The notes beneath the pieces are model-generated. The model ran no database searches. It was given only the letters and a program-made list of their open reading frames with translations, and was not told the DNA's origin. This document shows, piece by piece, positions 49,740 to 58,347 of a stretch of DNA of 64,000 nucleotides. The position numbers and the translations under genes are program-made. Position 1 is the first letter of the stretch, and each line of letters opens with the position of its first letter. The DNA lies in the NCBI GenBank assembly GCA_963675805.2, contig CAXXNU010000019.1, positions 388,929 through 452,928 on the forward strand. Direction: 5' to 3'. This DNA is from Desulfobacterales bacterium (lineage in GTDB: Bacteria; Desulfobacterota; Desulfobacteria; Desulfobacterales; Desulfosalsimonadaceae).

Positions 49740-50729
49740 ATGAGCAAAGATATTTATGAGCAGATGACTGACCGGATCATGCTGACCGGTTCCAAGCTGA
49801 TTCCGGAACTGTTTCGCATGATTGCGGATCAATCCGAGGCCGAACTCCTGATGGCCATGCCGGGTAAACCGGAGGCACTGGCTGAAAAAACCGGCAGACC
49901 GCCGGCTGAGGTGGCATCCGCCTGCGATAAGCTTTATTACAAGGGCTTGGCCTTTAAATCATTTAAGGGCGGCACGGTGGGTTATAAGATGTGCCGTGAC
50001 ATGATTCAGTTCCATGACGCCACCATTCTCTGGCCAGAGGCCACAAAAGCCTATCATGACCTGTGGCAGCGGTTTATGGAGGAAGAATGGCCCATGTTTG
50101 CAAGGCTGGCGGAACAATTTTTTCCCAAACCCTTTACCCGTATTATTCCGGTGGGTCAGGCCGTGGATGCGGGGAATCAGCAGGTGCTGGATATTGACAG
50201 CGCCAATCGGATAGTCATGGATGCCGATACCATTGCCGTCACCAAATGCACCTGCCGGTTGACGGCTCACAAATGCGATATGCCGCTGGAAGTCTGTCTT
50301 CAGGTGGGAAATGCCGCCAAATACACCTTAGATCGCGGCACGGGCCGGGCGGTGTCAAAAGAGGAAGCACTGAACATTTTGGCTGACTGTGAAGAAAAAG
50401 GGTTGGTGCATGTCACCATGAACAAGGCCCATGCCGGTCATTTTATCTGCAATTGCTGCGCCTGCTGCTGCCAGGCCATGCCCCTGGTGATTTCCGAGGG
50501 GTTGAAAATCCTGGATCCCAGCCGGTATGTGGCGGAGATTGATCCGGATTTGTGCAGTGCCTGTGGAACCTGCCTGAACCGGTGCTTTTTCAGTGCCATT
50601 GAAGAACAGGCGGATGCCATGGCAGTGATTGCGGAAAAATGCATGGGGTGCGGGCTCTGCCAGGTTACCTGCCCGGAAGATGCTATTACCTTGAAAGCGG
50701 TGCGGCCGGAGGATTTCATACCGGCGTAA
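49740..50729 (+). CDS. Cys-rich Fe-S protein with C-terminal 2x[4Fe-4S] ferredoxin domain
   Basis: CSACGTCLNRC and CMGCGLCQVTCP, plus upstream CTCRLTAHKC and FICNCCACCC clusters. The track start of 49734 (GTG) is also possible. Confidence 0.65.
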   Translation: MSKDIYEQMTDRIMLTGSKLIPELFRMIADQSEAELLMAMPGKPEALAEKTGRPPAEVASACDKLYYKGLAFKSFKGGTVGYKMCRDMIQFHDATILWPEATKAYHDLWQRFMEEEWPMFARLAEQFFPKPFTRIIPVGQAVDAGNQQVLDIDSANRIVMDADTIAVTKCTCRLTAHKCDMPLEVCLQVGNAAKYTLDRGTGRAVSKEEALNILADCEEKGLVHVTMNKAHAGHFICNCCACCCQAMPLVISEGLKILDPSRYVAEIDPDLCSACGTCLNRCFFSAIEEQADAMAVIAEKCMGCGLCQVTCPEDAITLKAVRPEDFIPA

Positions 50730-50789
50730 AAAAAGTTATTTTTTTGTTGACAAAAATCGTCCGGACATTTAATTTACTGATTTCAATGA

Positions 50790-50864
50790 GCGGGAATAAC
50801 TCAGTGGTAGAGTGCGACCTTGCCAAGGTCGAAGTCGCGAGTTCAAATCTCGTTTCCCGCTCCA
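50790..50864 (+). tRNA. tRNA-Gly (GCC)
   Basis: I folded the cloverleaf by hand. Acceptor GCGGGAA/TTCCCGC, anticodon stem CGACC/GGTCG with loop TTGCCAA, T-arm GCGAG-TTCAAAT-CTCGT, encoded CCA. Confidence 0.9.
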
Positions 50865-50872
50865 TTTTTTTT

Positions 50873-50947
50873 GGCGGCATAGCCAAGTGGTAAGGCAACG
50901 GCCTGCAAAGCCGCTATTCTCCAGTTCGAATCTGGATGCCGCCTCCA
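50873..50947 (+). tRNA. tRNA-Cys (GCA)
   Basis: Acceptor GGCGGCA/TGCCGCC, anticodon loop CTGCAAA, T-arm TCCAG-TTCGAAT-CTGGA, encoded CCA. There is one A-C mismatch at the top of the anticodon stem. Confidence 0.85.
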
Positions 50948-50956
50948 TCAGACGAC

Positions 50957-50992
50957 AAGGGCTTCAGCCGGATTCGGCGAAGCCCTTTTTTA
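50957..50992 (+). terminator. Rho-independent terminator after the tRNA pair
   Basis: AAGGGCTTC...GAAGCCCTT stem followed by a TTTTTT run. Confidence 0.8.
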
Positions 50993-51139
50993 TTGCGTAT
51001 CTTTTGACCCCGTCCTATTTTTAGCTTGATAAACACGGCCTGAATCTATATAAATTTTAAAATTATATGATCACTGTTCAGTTTGTAGATACTTGTTATG
51101 CGTTAAGGGCTGATAATCCATGAAAACAGAGGAGGATGC

Positions 51140-52189
51140 ATGAAAAAACTTGCAGGTATTTTAGTATCAATGATGTTGGTCTTTTTTTTATGTACGTCAA
51201 ACTTATGGGCAGGGGATTCTGAAATCCGAAGAGATCCGGGGGAGCCGACCACGCCGGCGTTGCCGCTGACTATGCCGGAACCTGATATGCCCGAGGACAC
51301 CGTCGCGGAACCGGAAATCGTCATGCCTGAAGAAGTGGTGCCCAAAGAAACAATGCCCGAAGAAGTGGTGACCGTGCCGGAACCAGACGCTGTTGAAGCG
51401 GTTGCCGAAGACGTGGCGGAAGAAACAGAGCAGGCTGCCGAAGCAGTGACGGAAACAGTGGAAGAGGCTGCCGAAGCGGTTGAAGAGATGGTCGCGGAAG
51501 CGCCGGCGCCCAAAGATGATCTTGCTATTGCCGCGGAGCTGCTTGACGGAGAAGGGATTGATAATTACAAGAAAGCCTTGGCTCTTTCTGAAGCTGCTGT
51601 AAAACAAAATCCGGACAGTTACAAAGCCAATTGGATGGCGGCCCGGGCATGCCGGCTCTACGGTGTCGAAGCCCAGGAATCTGAAATGGCGGACTGGGAA
51701 GATATCTGCCGGGAATACGGCAAAAAAGGAATGGCTTATGCGGAGAAAGCGATTGCCCTTGAACCGGACAAAGTGGAAGGGCATTTCTGGTATGGCATGA
51801 ATGTTGGCATTTATGCAGATGCTGTAAGCATTCTGACTGCTTTGAAAGAGGGCTTAAAGGATAAAACCCAGAACAGCTTTGAAACCGCCTATAAAATTGA
51901 CAAGAATTATGAGCATGCCGGTGCCATTGCCGCTTTGGGAAAATTCTGGAATGTATTGCCATGGCCGTTGAACGACCGGGATAAATCCATGCAGTATTTC
52001 CGGGAATATGAAAAAACTGAATTTTTCGGCAGGGAAGATACGGTGAAGGTCCATGTTTATTTTGCGGATCTTTTGAGAAACAGCCGGAAAACAAAAGATG
52101 AGGCCATCAAGCTTTTAAAGGAAGTGCCGAGAATTTCTGATAACAAATACTGGAACAAACAGGCCCAGGAGATGTTGAAGGAAATGTAG
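51140..52189 (+). CDS. Secreted protein: acidic Pro/Glu/Val low-complexity region + helical-repeat (TPR-like) domain
   Basis: Signal peptide MKKLAGILVSMMLVFFLCTSNLWA. The PEPDMPEDTVAEPEIVMPEEVVPKETMPEEVV...AEAVEE tract is followed by an alpha-helical repeat region. Confidence 0.6.
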   Translation: MKKLAGILVSMMLVFFLCTSNLWAGDSEIRRDPGEPTTPALPLTMPEPDMPEDTVAEPEIVMPEEVVPKETMPEEVVTVPEPDAVEAVAEDVAEETEQAAEAVTETVEEAAEAVEEMVAEAPAPKDDLAIAAELLDGEGIDNYKKALALSEAAVKQNPDSYKANWMAARACRLYGVEAQESEMADWEDICREYGKKGMAYAEKAIALEPDKVEGHFWYGMNVGIYADAVSILTALKEGLKDKTQNSFETAYKIDKNYEHAGAIAALGKFWNVLPWPLNDRDKSMQYFREYEKTEFFGREDTVKVHVYFADLLRNSRKTKDEAIKLLKEVPRISDNKYWNKQAQEMLKEM

Positions 52190-52256
52190 GAATTTTTACG
52201 ATGCCGGACCGGCGTTATGCCCTATAAATGGCTTCGGAAGTCCTATAAACGTCACA

Positions 52257-52302
52257 AGCCGGATCAGCTGCAGCAAATGCAGGTCTGATCCGGCTTTTTT
52301 TA
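52257..52302 (+). terminator. Rho-independent terminator
   Basis: AGCCGGATCAG (52257-52267) pairs with CTGATCCGGCT (52285-52295), followed by a T7 run. Confidence 0.8.
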
Positions 52303-52343
52303 TGCCGGCTGGCAGGGTTGTCATAATAACCGATTCCTATTTT

Positions 52344-52406
52344 TTTACCATCTACCTTTTATCTTTCAGCTTTGAGCTTAAAGCTTCGATCTTTCACCTT
52401 CCCACC
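52344..52406 (-). repeat. Degenerate heptamer array TNNANCT x9 (reverse complement AGNTNNA)
   Basis: TTTACCA TCTACCT TTTATCT TTCAGCT TTGAGCT TAAAGCT TCGATCT TTCACCT TCCCACC. The last units overlap the final 4 codons and stop of the glycerate kinase gene. Confidence 0.7.
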
Positions 52407-53740
52407 AGTACAACCCTGATATCCATGACATTCGTACCGGTGGGCCCGGTCATTAAAAGATCCCCGGTTTTTTTGAAAAAGTGATAGCTGTCATTATTCG
52501 CGAGAAATTTATCCGGGTTCAGTCCAATTTTTCGAGCCTTTGCAATGGTGGATGTATCCACCACCGCGCCGGCGGCATCTGTGGGCCCGTCTGTGCCGTC
52601 CGTCCCCCCGCTTAAAATGACCATGCGGTTTTCGCCATGCATATCAAGGGCGGCAATAAGGGCAAACTCCTGATTTCGGCCGCCTTTACCATTTCCTTTC
52701 AGAACAATAGTGGTTTCGCCGCCGGACAATATACAGGCAGGTGCCGGAACAGGGCGGCCGAAGCGCTGAATGTTTTTTGCGGCATCCGTATGCAGGTGGG
52801 CAGCGGCCCGGGTGTCCCCTTCCAGATTTTCGTCTAAAATAAAGGGATTGTAACCCAGTTCGCAGGCTTTCTGATAGGCCGCGGCAAGTGCTTCTTTATT
52901 AGATGCGGCGATAGCATTGAGTGTGTTTTTAAAGGCAGGATGATTAAGTGGCGGCGTATCGGGCGTGATACCGGCGGCGCCCTCTTTCAGGTGCTGCAAA
53001 ACGGAAACCGGAATTTGGTTCTGGATGCGGTAGTTGTCAATAATTGTCAGACAATCAGAAAATGTCGTGGGGTCTCCCGTGGTGGGGCCGGAAGCGATAA
53101 CATCCAGCCGGTTGCCGACCACATCCGAAATGATCAGGGTGACCAGGGTGGCAGGGGATGCTTTTACGGCCAGATGGCCGCCTTTTATAGCGGATATGTG
53201 TTTTCTCAAGGTGTTGATTTCATCAATGGAGGCCCCGCAATGGAGAAGCGTTTGTAACGTTTTCTGCTTGTCCTGAAGGGTGATGCCCGGTGCCGGAAGG
53301 GGCAGTAGGGCAGATCCCCCACCGGAAATCAGGCAGATGATCAGATCGTTTTCCGTTGCCGCTTCTGCAATGTCCAGCATCTGAGTGGCGGCCTTCTCTC
53401 CGTTTGCATCGGGAATGGGGTGGCCGGCTTCAATCAGCCGGATTTTTTCAAGGGGCGCGGTATGACCGTATTTTACCGAGATGATTCCCGAGGTAATGGT
53501 TTTGCCCAGGATTTTTTCCATGGCAGCGGCCATGTGTGCAGATGCTTTGCCGGCGCCGATGATAAAGACGCGGTTAAACTGGTTTAAATGAAAAGTTTTC
53601 TGGTCAATGGAAAGGATGTGATTTTCATACCGGCATAATTTTTTAATTGCCTCAAACGCATTAACAGCGCTGAGCGCGCTGTTAAAAAGGCTTGCGGCAT
53701 GGCGCCGCATGGTATTTAATAAGATCTGATTTTCAGGCAT
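52394..53740 (-). CDS. Glycerate 2-kinase, MOFRL family (TtuD/GckA-like)
   Basis: FIIGAGKASAHMAAAME, LISGGGSALL, ILSGGETTIVLKGNGKGGRNQEFALIAAL, GTDGTDGPTDAAGA. Confidence 0.8.
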   Translation of the reverse strand: MPENQILLNTMRRHAASLFNSALSAVNAFEAIKKLCRYENHILSIDQKTFHLNQFNRVFIIGAGKASAHMAAAMEKILGKTITSGIISVKYGHTAPLEKIRLIEAGHPIPDANGEKAATQMLDIAEAATENDLIICLISGGGSALLPLPAPGITLQDKQKTLQTLLHCGASIDEINTLRKHISAIKGGHLAVKASPATLVTLIISDVVGNRLDVIASGPTTGDPTTFSDCLTIIDNYRIQNQIPVSVLQHLKEGAAGITPDTPPLNHPAFKNTLNAIAASNKEALAAAYQKACELGYNPFILDENLEGDTRAAAHLHTDAAKNIQRFGRPVPAPACILSGGETTIVLKGNGKGGRNQEFALIAALDMHGENRMVILSGGTDGTDGPTDAAGAVVDTSTIAKARKIGLNPDKFLANNDSYHFFKKTGDLLMTGPTGTNVMDIRVVLVGR

Positions 53741-53776
53741 GAAACTGTCGCATGGCAGGCGAGAAAGATATAGCGA

Positions 53777-53977
53777 TTATTTTTTGGCTTCCTTCTCCGG
53801 TGTGGCTGCGTCTGAGGGTTTGACTTCTGTTTTTTTAGCCGCCGGCTTTTTGGGTTTTGGCTTTTTCTTTTTTAGGCAGACCTTGTCTTTCCGGACAAAC
53901 GCGCAGAGCTTGGGATTATAATATTCCTTGCAGTTCAGAGGGTTATATAGGGGGCATTCCGGATGTTTTTTTGACAT
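53777..53977 (-). CDS. Small Cys4, Lys-rich hypothetical protein
   Basis: 66 aa: MSKKHPECPLYNPLNCKEYYNPKLCAFVRKDKVCLKKKKPKPKKP... AGGA lies about 10 nt upstream of the ATG. It is co-directional with, and 36 nt upstream of, the glycerate kinase gene. The opposite-strand ORF 53739..53921 looks like an antisense artefact. Confidence 0.45.
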   Translation of the reverse strand: MSKKHPECPLYNPLNCKEYYNPKLCAFVRKDKVCLKKKKPKPKKPAAKKTEVKPSDAATPEKEAKK

Positions 53978-54084
53978 GAATTTGAATCCTTTTTATTGGC
54001 AATATTTAAATTTTCATTTTATGTATCATAAAATACTCAATTTAACAAGCGACATCTATAGGTTGGGTTTAGTAAACCCTGACG

Positions 54085-54176
54085 GCTTTGCAAAAAGTCC
54101 AAATTTTTTGTTGCGCTGCATCCCTCGCTGCTTCAACGTTTCCCAAGTACTTATCATTGCTCGTTATTTGCGCGCC
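54085..54176. repeat. Dispersed intergenic repeat, copy B
   Basis: GCTTTGCAAAAAGTCCAAATTTTTTGTTGCGCTGCATCCCTCGCTGCTTCA... aligns with copy A at 39651. The 3' part is more diverged. Confidence 0.65.
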
Positions 54177-54353
54177 TCGCCAATTTTATGAGATTGGTGG
54201 CGCTTTTTCCTTTGCCCTCGAAATCTTATTTTTGACGATTTTATTCATCCCTATGTCCTAAATTCAGGCGGGACCGGGCAAATCTTTTTGACAATTGGCG
54301 CCTGGAATGTCATAAAAATCTCCATACATTGCATAATTATTCAACATCAGGGG

Positions 54354-56633
54354 ATGGTTGAGGAGCTGAAACCGATAATGAACGTTTACGAGGATCTGAA
54401 AACCGAACTTTTAACCATTAACCGGGACGTGGCCGGGCTTTTGGACCGGATCAAAGCCATGCCCGAAACATCCGAGCATTCATTCGCGGACTGGGAAAAT
54501 ATATGCCGCACCATTGAAAACCAGCTGGCCGGCGAATTGTTGCGGGTGGCGGTGATTGGTACCATCAAATCCGGCAAATCAACCCTCATTAATTCGCTCT
54601 TTTCCGGGGATTACCTGAAAAGGGGCGCCGGCGTGGTGACATCCATGGTCACCCGGGCCCGCCGCGGCGATCAGCTCAAGGCCACCCTTTATTTTAAATC
54701 CTGGGACCAGGTGAACGCGGACATCCGGCGTTCTCTGGTGTTGTTCCCGTCGCTGGAGTGGCGCACCCGAAAGGAACCTTTTGATATCCGGCGGCAATCA
54801 GACAGGGAAGAACTGGCTCAGGCCCTGGGGTCTCTGGAGGCCAAACAGCTGTTGAGCAATGACACTCGAAACCTGAACAGCCTGTATCTTTCCTCTTATT
54901 TGACGGGGTATGACCGGGTCGAAAAATTCTTGTCATCCGACAACCTGACCCGGGAGTTTACCGGTGCGGATTTCGCTGCCCATCGCGATTTTTCCGGCAA
55001 CGAAGTGCTGGCATTTTATCTGAAGGATATTTGTATTGAAATAGATTCCGGAGACATTGATCCGACGATTGAAATTGCGGACTGCCAGGGCAGTGACTCC
55101 CCGAATCCGCTTCATATGGCCATGATTCAGGATTATTTGCTGCAGGCCAATCTTTTAATTTATGTGATCAGCAGCCGCACGGGGATTCGCCAGGCAGACA
55201 TCAACTTTATGAACATGATTAAAAAAATGGGTATCATTGATCACATGATCTTTGTGGTGAATTGTGACCTGTCTGAACATGAGTCCCGCGATGATTTGCT
55301 CCGGCTGGTGGGGAAAGTCACGGATGATCTGGCCATCATTAAAAAGGCTCCCGACGTATATGCGTATTCAGCCCTGTTCAGCCTGTTTGCGGCAAATGCG
55401 GACACGCTGACGCCCAGGGACGGACAGCGCCTGGCCCAGTGGCAGGCCGAAGAAAAAATTGTCAACTTTGTAAAAGAACAGGAAAAAGCGTTTCATGACA
55501 ATTTGCAGAAAATCGTCACCAGCCGGCGGTATTCCTTGCTGTTCCAGAATCATTTTGAGCGCCTCAGAATGATCGTTTCCGGCCTTATTCAATGGGTTCG
55601 GGTGAATCAGGACCTGCTCGCCGGCAGTGCGGCGGAAGCGGCCAAAATGTTGAAAAAGATCAAATCTCAGCAAAAGAAAACCGATCGTGTCAAATCCATG
55701 GTGAAAAGCACCCTGGATGGGGCAGTGCAGCAGATGAAGCGTGATATTCGGATGGATGTGGACCGGTTTTTTGATCATCGCTCCGGGGATGTGGTTCCCG
55801 CGTTGGTAGAATTTGTCAAAGGTTACAACCTTTCATTTGCCCAGTATCAGGACCGCATCGTAGCGGAGGGCTTTTCCAACACCCTGTATCTGGTTTTTCA
55901 GGATCTCAAGCTCGCCATTGATACTCATATGGCGGAGCATATTAATCCGCAGATATTCAATTTTGTAAAAAATGAAGAGCTCAAAATCCGGGAATATTTC
56001 GAAACTATTACCGGTCCCTATGAGGTCATGGTCAACGACGCGCTGTTGGAATACAATGGTGCCATGGCGCGCATGGGCCTCGGCGAAGCTGCCGGATATG
56101 GGAAATCCGTGGCGGAAATAGACATGAAAAGCGTCAAACAGGAAAAGCATCTGGAGTTTCCAACGGCATCCGCCACCATGAATTACAGCGCCGCCATTAA
56201 AGCAGAGGCCATTCTGCGCCTGGGGGTCTATAATGTGATCCGGCAGTTTCGAAGGCTTGTTCGTCGCCCGGCCGACGACAGTACCGCCAATAATGCGGCC
56301 GCGTTAAATGACGCAGTGAAGCGGATGAAAAAGGAGACTCGGGAAAGTCTGGTGTTTCATTTTAAGAATTACCGGGAAAATTTAAAGTTTCAGTACATTT
56401 TTCGGCTGGTGGACGCGGTGTCGGAAAGTATTTGTGATGCCATGATGGCCCGGTTTCATGATTATACCCAGGACCTTTCCCGATTAACTGGTTCCATGGT
56501 TAAAAATCAGGTGGATAAGGACAAAATAGGCGATGATTTGAAAATTTTGTCGGAAAATGCCGATGCAGTGTCTGAGCGCATGCGTCAGTTTCGCGACCGG
56601 CTGAGTGAAACTGCGACAGCCAACCCGGCATAG
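54354..56633 (+). CDS. Bacterial dynamin-like GTPase
   Basis: G1 VIGTIKSGKSTLINSL, G2-region GVVTSMVT, G3 IADCQGSDS, G4-like VVNCDL, followed by about 500 aa of helical stalk. The start is ambiguous (TTG 54288 / ATG 54354 / ATG 54378, the last preceded by GAGGAG). Confidence 0.75.
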   Translation: MVEELKPIMNVYEDLKTELLTINRDVAGLLDRIKAMPETSEHSFADWENICRTIENQLAGELLRVAVIGTIKSGKSTLINSLFSGDYLKRGAGVVTSMVTRARRGDQLKATLYFKSWDQVNADIRRSLVLFPSLEWRTRKEPFDIRRQSDREELAQALGSLEAKQLLSNDTRNLNSLYLSSYLTGYDRVEKFLSSDNLTREFTGADFAAHRDFSGNEVLAFYLKDICIEIDSGDIDPTIEIADCQGSDSPNPLHMAMIQDYLLQANLLIYVISSRTGIRQADINFMNMIKKMGIIDHMIFVVNCDLSEHESRDDLLRLVGKVTDDLAIIKKAPDVYAYSALFSLFAANADTLTPRDGQRLAQWQAEEKIVNFVKEQEKAFHDNLQKIVTSRRYSLLFQNHFERLRMIVSGLIQWVRVNQDLLAGSAAEAAKMLKKIKSQQKKTDRVKSMVKSTLDGAVQQMKRDIRMDVDRFFDHRSGDVVPALVEFVKGYNLSFAQYQDRIVAEGFSNTLYLVFQDLKLAIDTHMAEHINPQIFNFVKNEELKIREYFETITGPYEVMVNDALLEYNGAMARMGLGEAAGYGKSVAEIDMKSVKQEKHLEFPTASATMNYSAAIKAEAILRLGVYNVIRQFRRLVRRPADDSTANNAAALNDAVKRMKKETRESLVFHFKNYRENLKFQYIFRLVDAVSESICDAMMARFHDYTQDLSRLTGSMVKNQVDKDKIGDDLKILSENADAVSERMRQFRDRLSETATANPA

Positions 56634-56662
56634 ATCTTTTTTGAATTCAGGATGGAGGGAAG

Positions 56663-57442
56663 ATGACGAGAAACAGTAAACGTATTGTTGCCATTGCCAA
56701 TGAAAAAGGCGGTGTCGGAAAGACGGCAACCGTTGTTAACCTGGGCGCTGCATTGTCTCTGGAGGGACAGAAGGTGCTTGTCGTTGATATGGACCCCCAG
56801 CATAACACCACAAGCGGACTGGGGGTGGCGGCTGCGGACGACAGCATCAGTGTCTATGACCTCATTACGAATGGGACGGAATACAAAACACGCGACGCCA
56901 TCTGCCGCACCCGCTGGGAAAAACTGGATCTCCTGCCGTCTCACATTGATCTTTCCGGCGCGGAAATCGAACTGGTGGATGAAGAAGGACGGGAAAACAA
57001 GCTGAAGAACGCCATCGGTCAGGTCGTGGATGACTATGACGTCATTATCATGGATACGCCACCCAGTTTGTCGCTGCTGACCATTAACGTATTTGCCGCT
57101 GCCTCGGAACTGCTGGTGCCCTGCCAGACCCATCCCTATGCGTTCAAGGCCCTTGAAGATCTTTTTGATACCATCGACGATATCCGGGAAGAGATCAACC
57201 CTGATATCCGGGTCGCAGGTATTGTGCCGACGTTTTTTGACCAGCGCACCAAAATCAGCCGGGATATTTTGGAACGGCTGCAATCTGATGAACGCTACAA
57301 GGACAAGTTGTTTAAAACGGCGATCCGCGTCAATACCACCATCACGGACAGTTCTGATCAGGGCAAACCCGTTGTTTTTTACCGGCGGAGCAGTTATGGC
57401 GCCCAGGATTACATGGCCCTGGCCCGGGAGTTTCTGGAGTAG
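56663..57442 (+). CDS. ParA/Soj-family deviant Walker ATPase (no parB adjacent)
   Basis: IVAIANEKGGVGKTATVVNLGAAL, VLVVDMDPQ, IIMDTPPS. It starts 29 nt after the dynamin-like gene and has a GGAGGG RBS. Confidence 0.85.
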   Translation: MTRNSKRIVAIANEKGGVGKTATVVNLGAALSLEGQKVLVVDMDPQHNTTSGLGVAAADDSISVYDLITNGTEYKTRDAICRTRWEKLDLLPSHIDLSGAEIELVDEEGRENKLKNAIGQVVDDYDVIIMDTPPSLSLLTINVFAAASELLVPCQTHPYAFKALEDLFDTIDDIREEINPDIRVAGIVPTFFDQRTKISRDILERLQSDERYKDKLFKTAIRVNTTITDSSDQGKPVVFYRRSSYGAQDYMALAREFLE

Positions 57443-57601
57443 GTGGTTTTGATTTTTCCGCCGGTTCGCGCCTGGCCGGGACGATTGCCTTTCCATTAAT
57501 TGTGGCAACACAAAAAATTGGTATTTTCACTTTCCCGCCGCATTTAACAGATGCCAACAGCTATAGACTATGGACTGGCGGGTATTTTTAGGGTCATGCA
57601 A

Positions 57602-57619
57602 TGACTGATAAATCAGTCA
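57602..57619. promoter_or_regulatory. Perfect 18-bp palindrome, candidate TetR operator
   Basis: TGACTGAT-AA-ATCAGTCA, 22 nt upstream of the TetR-family gene ATG. Confidence 0.5.
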
Positions 57620-57641
57620 ACATTTTCAGCGGAGGATTGTC

Positions 57642-58253
57642 ATGGGGGAACCCTCTACCAAACACGCACTGATTGCGTCTGCCATCCGGATGTTTCACAA
57701 AAACGGGTTTCAGATGACCCGGGTGTCTGATATTGTTGCCGACGCCGGGGTCGCCCAGGGGACATTTTATAATTATTTCAAGTCCAAGGAAGAGATTTTC
57801 AAAGAAATCTGCTATGATTTCATCGATAAATTGCAGAAAAAATTCATTGAAAGAACCGAGCACATGTTTGACGGGGACACCGCAGATGAGGTGATCGGTA
57901 ATGTCCACCGGGTGGTGCGGGATCTTACCCGAATTTATGAGGACAACTTGAATGTGGCGGAACTCCTGTTTCGGGAGGGCATCGGCAACGGCGGCATTTT
58001 CAAAGAAATTTATGAGGACATGTTTTCCCTGTTTCTGGAACTGATTGAAGAACAGTTAGAAAAAGCGAATTTTCGGGGGCTTATCAAGTTTGAGGATGCC
58101 CGGATCGGTTCTGTTTTTCTGTTTGGTCTGTTTGAGCGGAGTCTTTTGTATTTTATGCTGATTCAGAAGAATACGGATATGGAAAAACTCCAGCAGATCA
58201 TGGTGGATTTTGTTTTAAAAGGCCTGTCTTTCAATTATGCGTTTAAGGCCTGA
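57642..58253 (+). CDS. TetR/AcrR-family transcriptional regulator
   Basis: LIASAIRMFHKNGFQMTRVSDIVADAGVAQGTFYNYFKSKEEIF. Confidence 0.85.
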   Translation: MGEPSTKHALIASAIRMFHKNGFQMTRVSDIVADAGVAQGTFYNYFKSKEEIFKEICYDFIDKLQKKFIERTEHMFDGDTADEVIGNVHRVVRDLTRIYEDNLNVAELLFREGIGNGGIFKEIYEDMFSLFLELIEEQLEKANFRGLIKFEDARIGSVFLFGLFERSLLYFMLIQKNTDMEKLQQIMVDFVLKGLSFNYAFKA

Positions 58254-58284
58254 AACCAAAGCCACGCGCGCTTAATTCTCAAAA

Positions 58285-58332
58285 CAAAAAAACCGGCAAC
58301 GTGCTTTGTGCATCGTGCCGGTTTTTTTGTTT
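58285..58332. terminator. Bidirectional rho-independent terminator
   Basis: A-run, then ACCGGCA(A)CG...CGTGCCGGT stem, then T-run. It lies between the convergent TetR gene and 58348..60306. Confidence 0.7.
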
Positions 58333-58347
58333 TAAATGGCCTGAAGG

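Noticed and set aside
53928-54191. 87-aa plus-strand ORF (…LLRCIPRCFNVSQVLIIARYLRASPIL)
   Set aside because: It is mostly a translation of dispersed repeat copy B. The equivalent frame in copy A is not preserved as an ORF.
56585-57511. 308-aa minus-strand ORF
   Set aside because: It is antisense to the ParA gene, which has a canonical KGGVGKT deviant Walker A.
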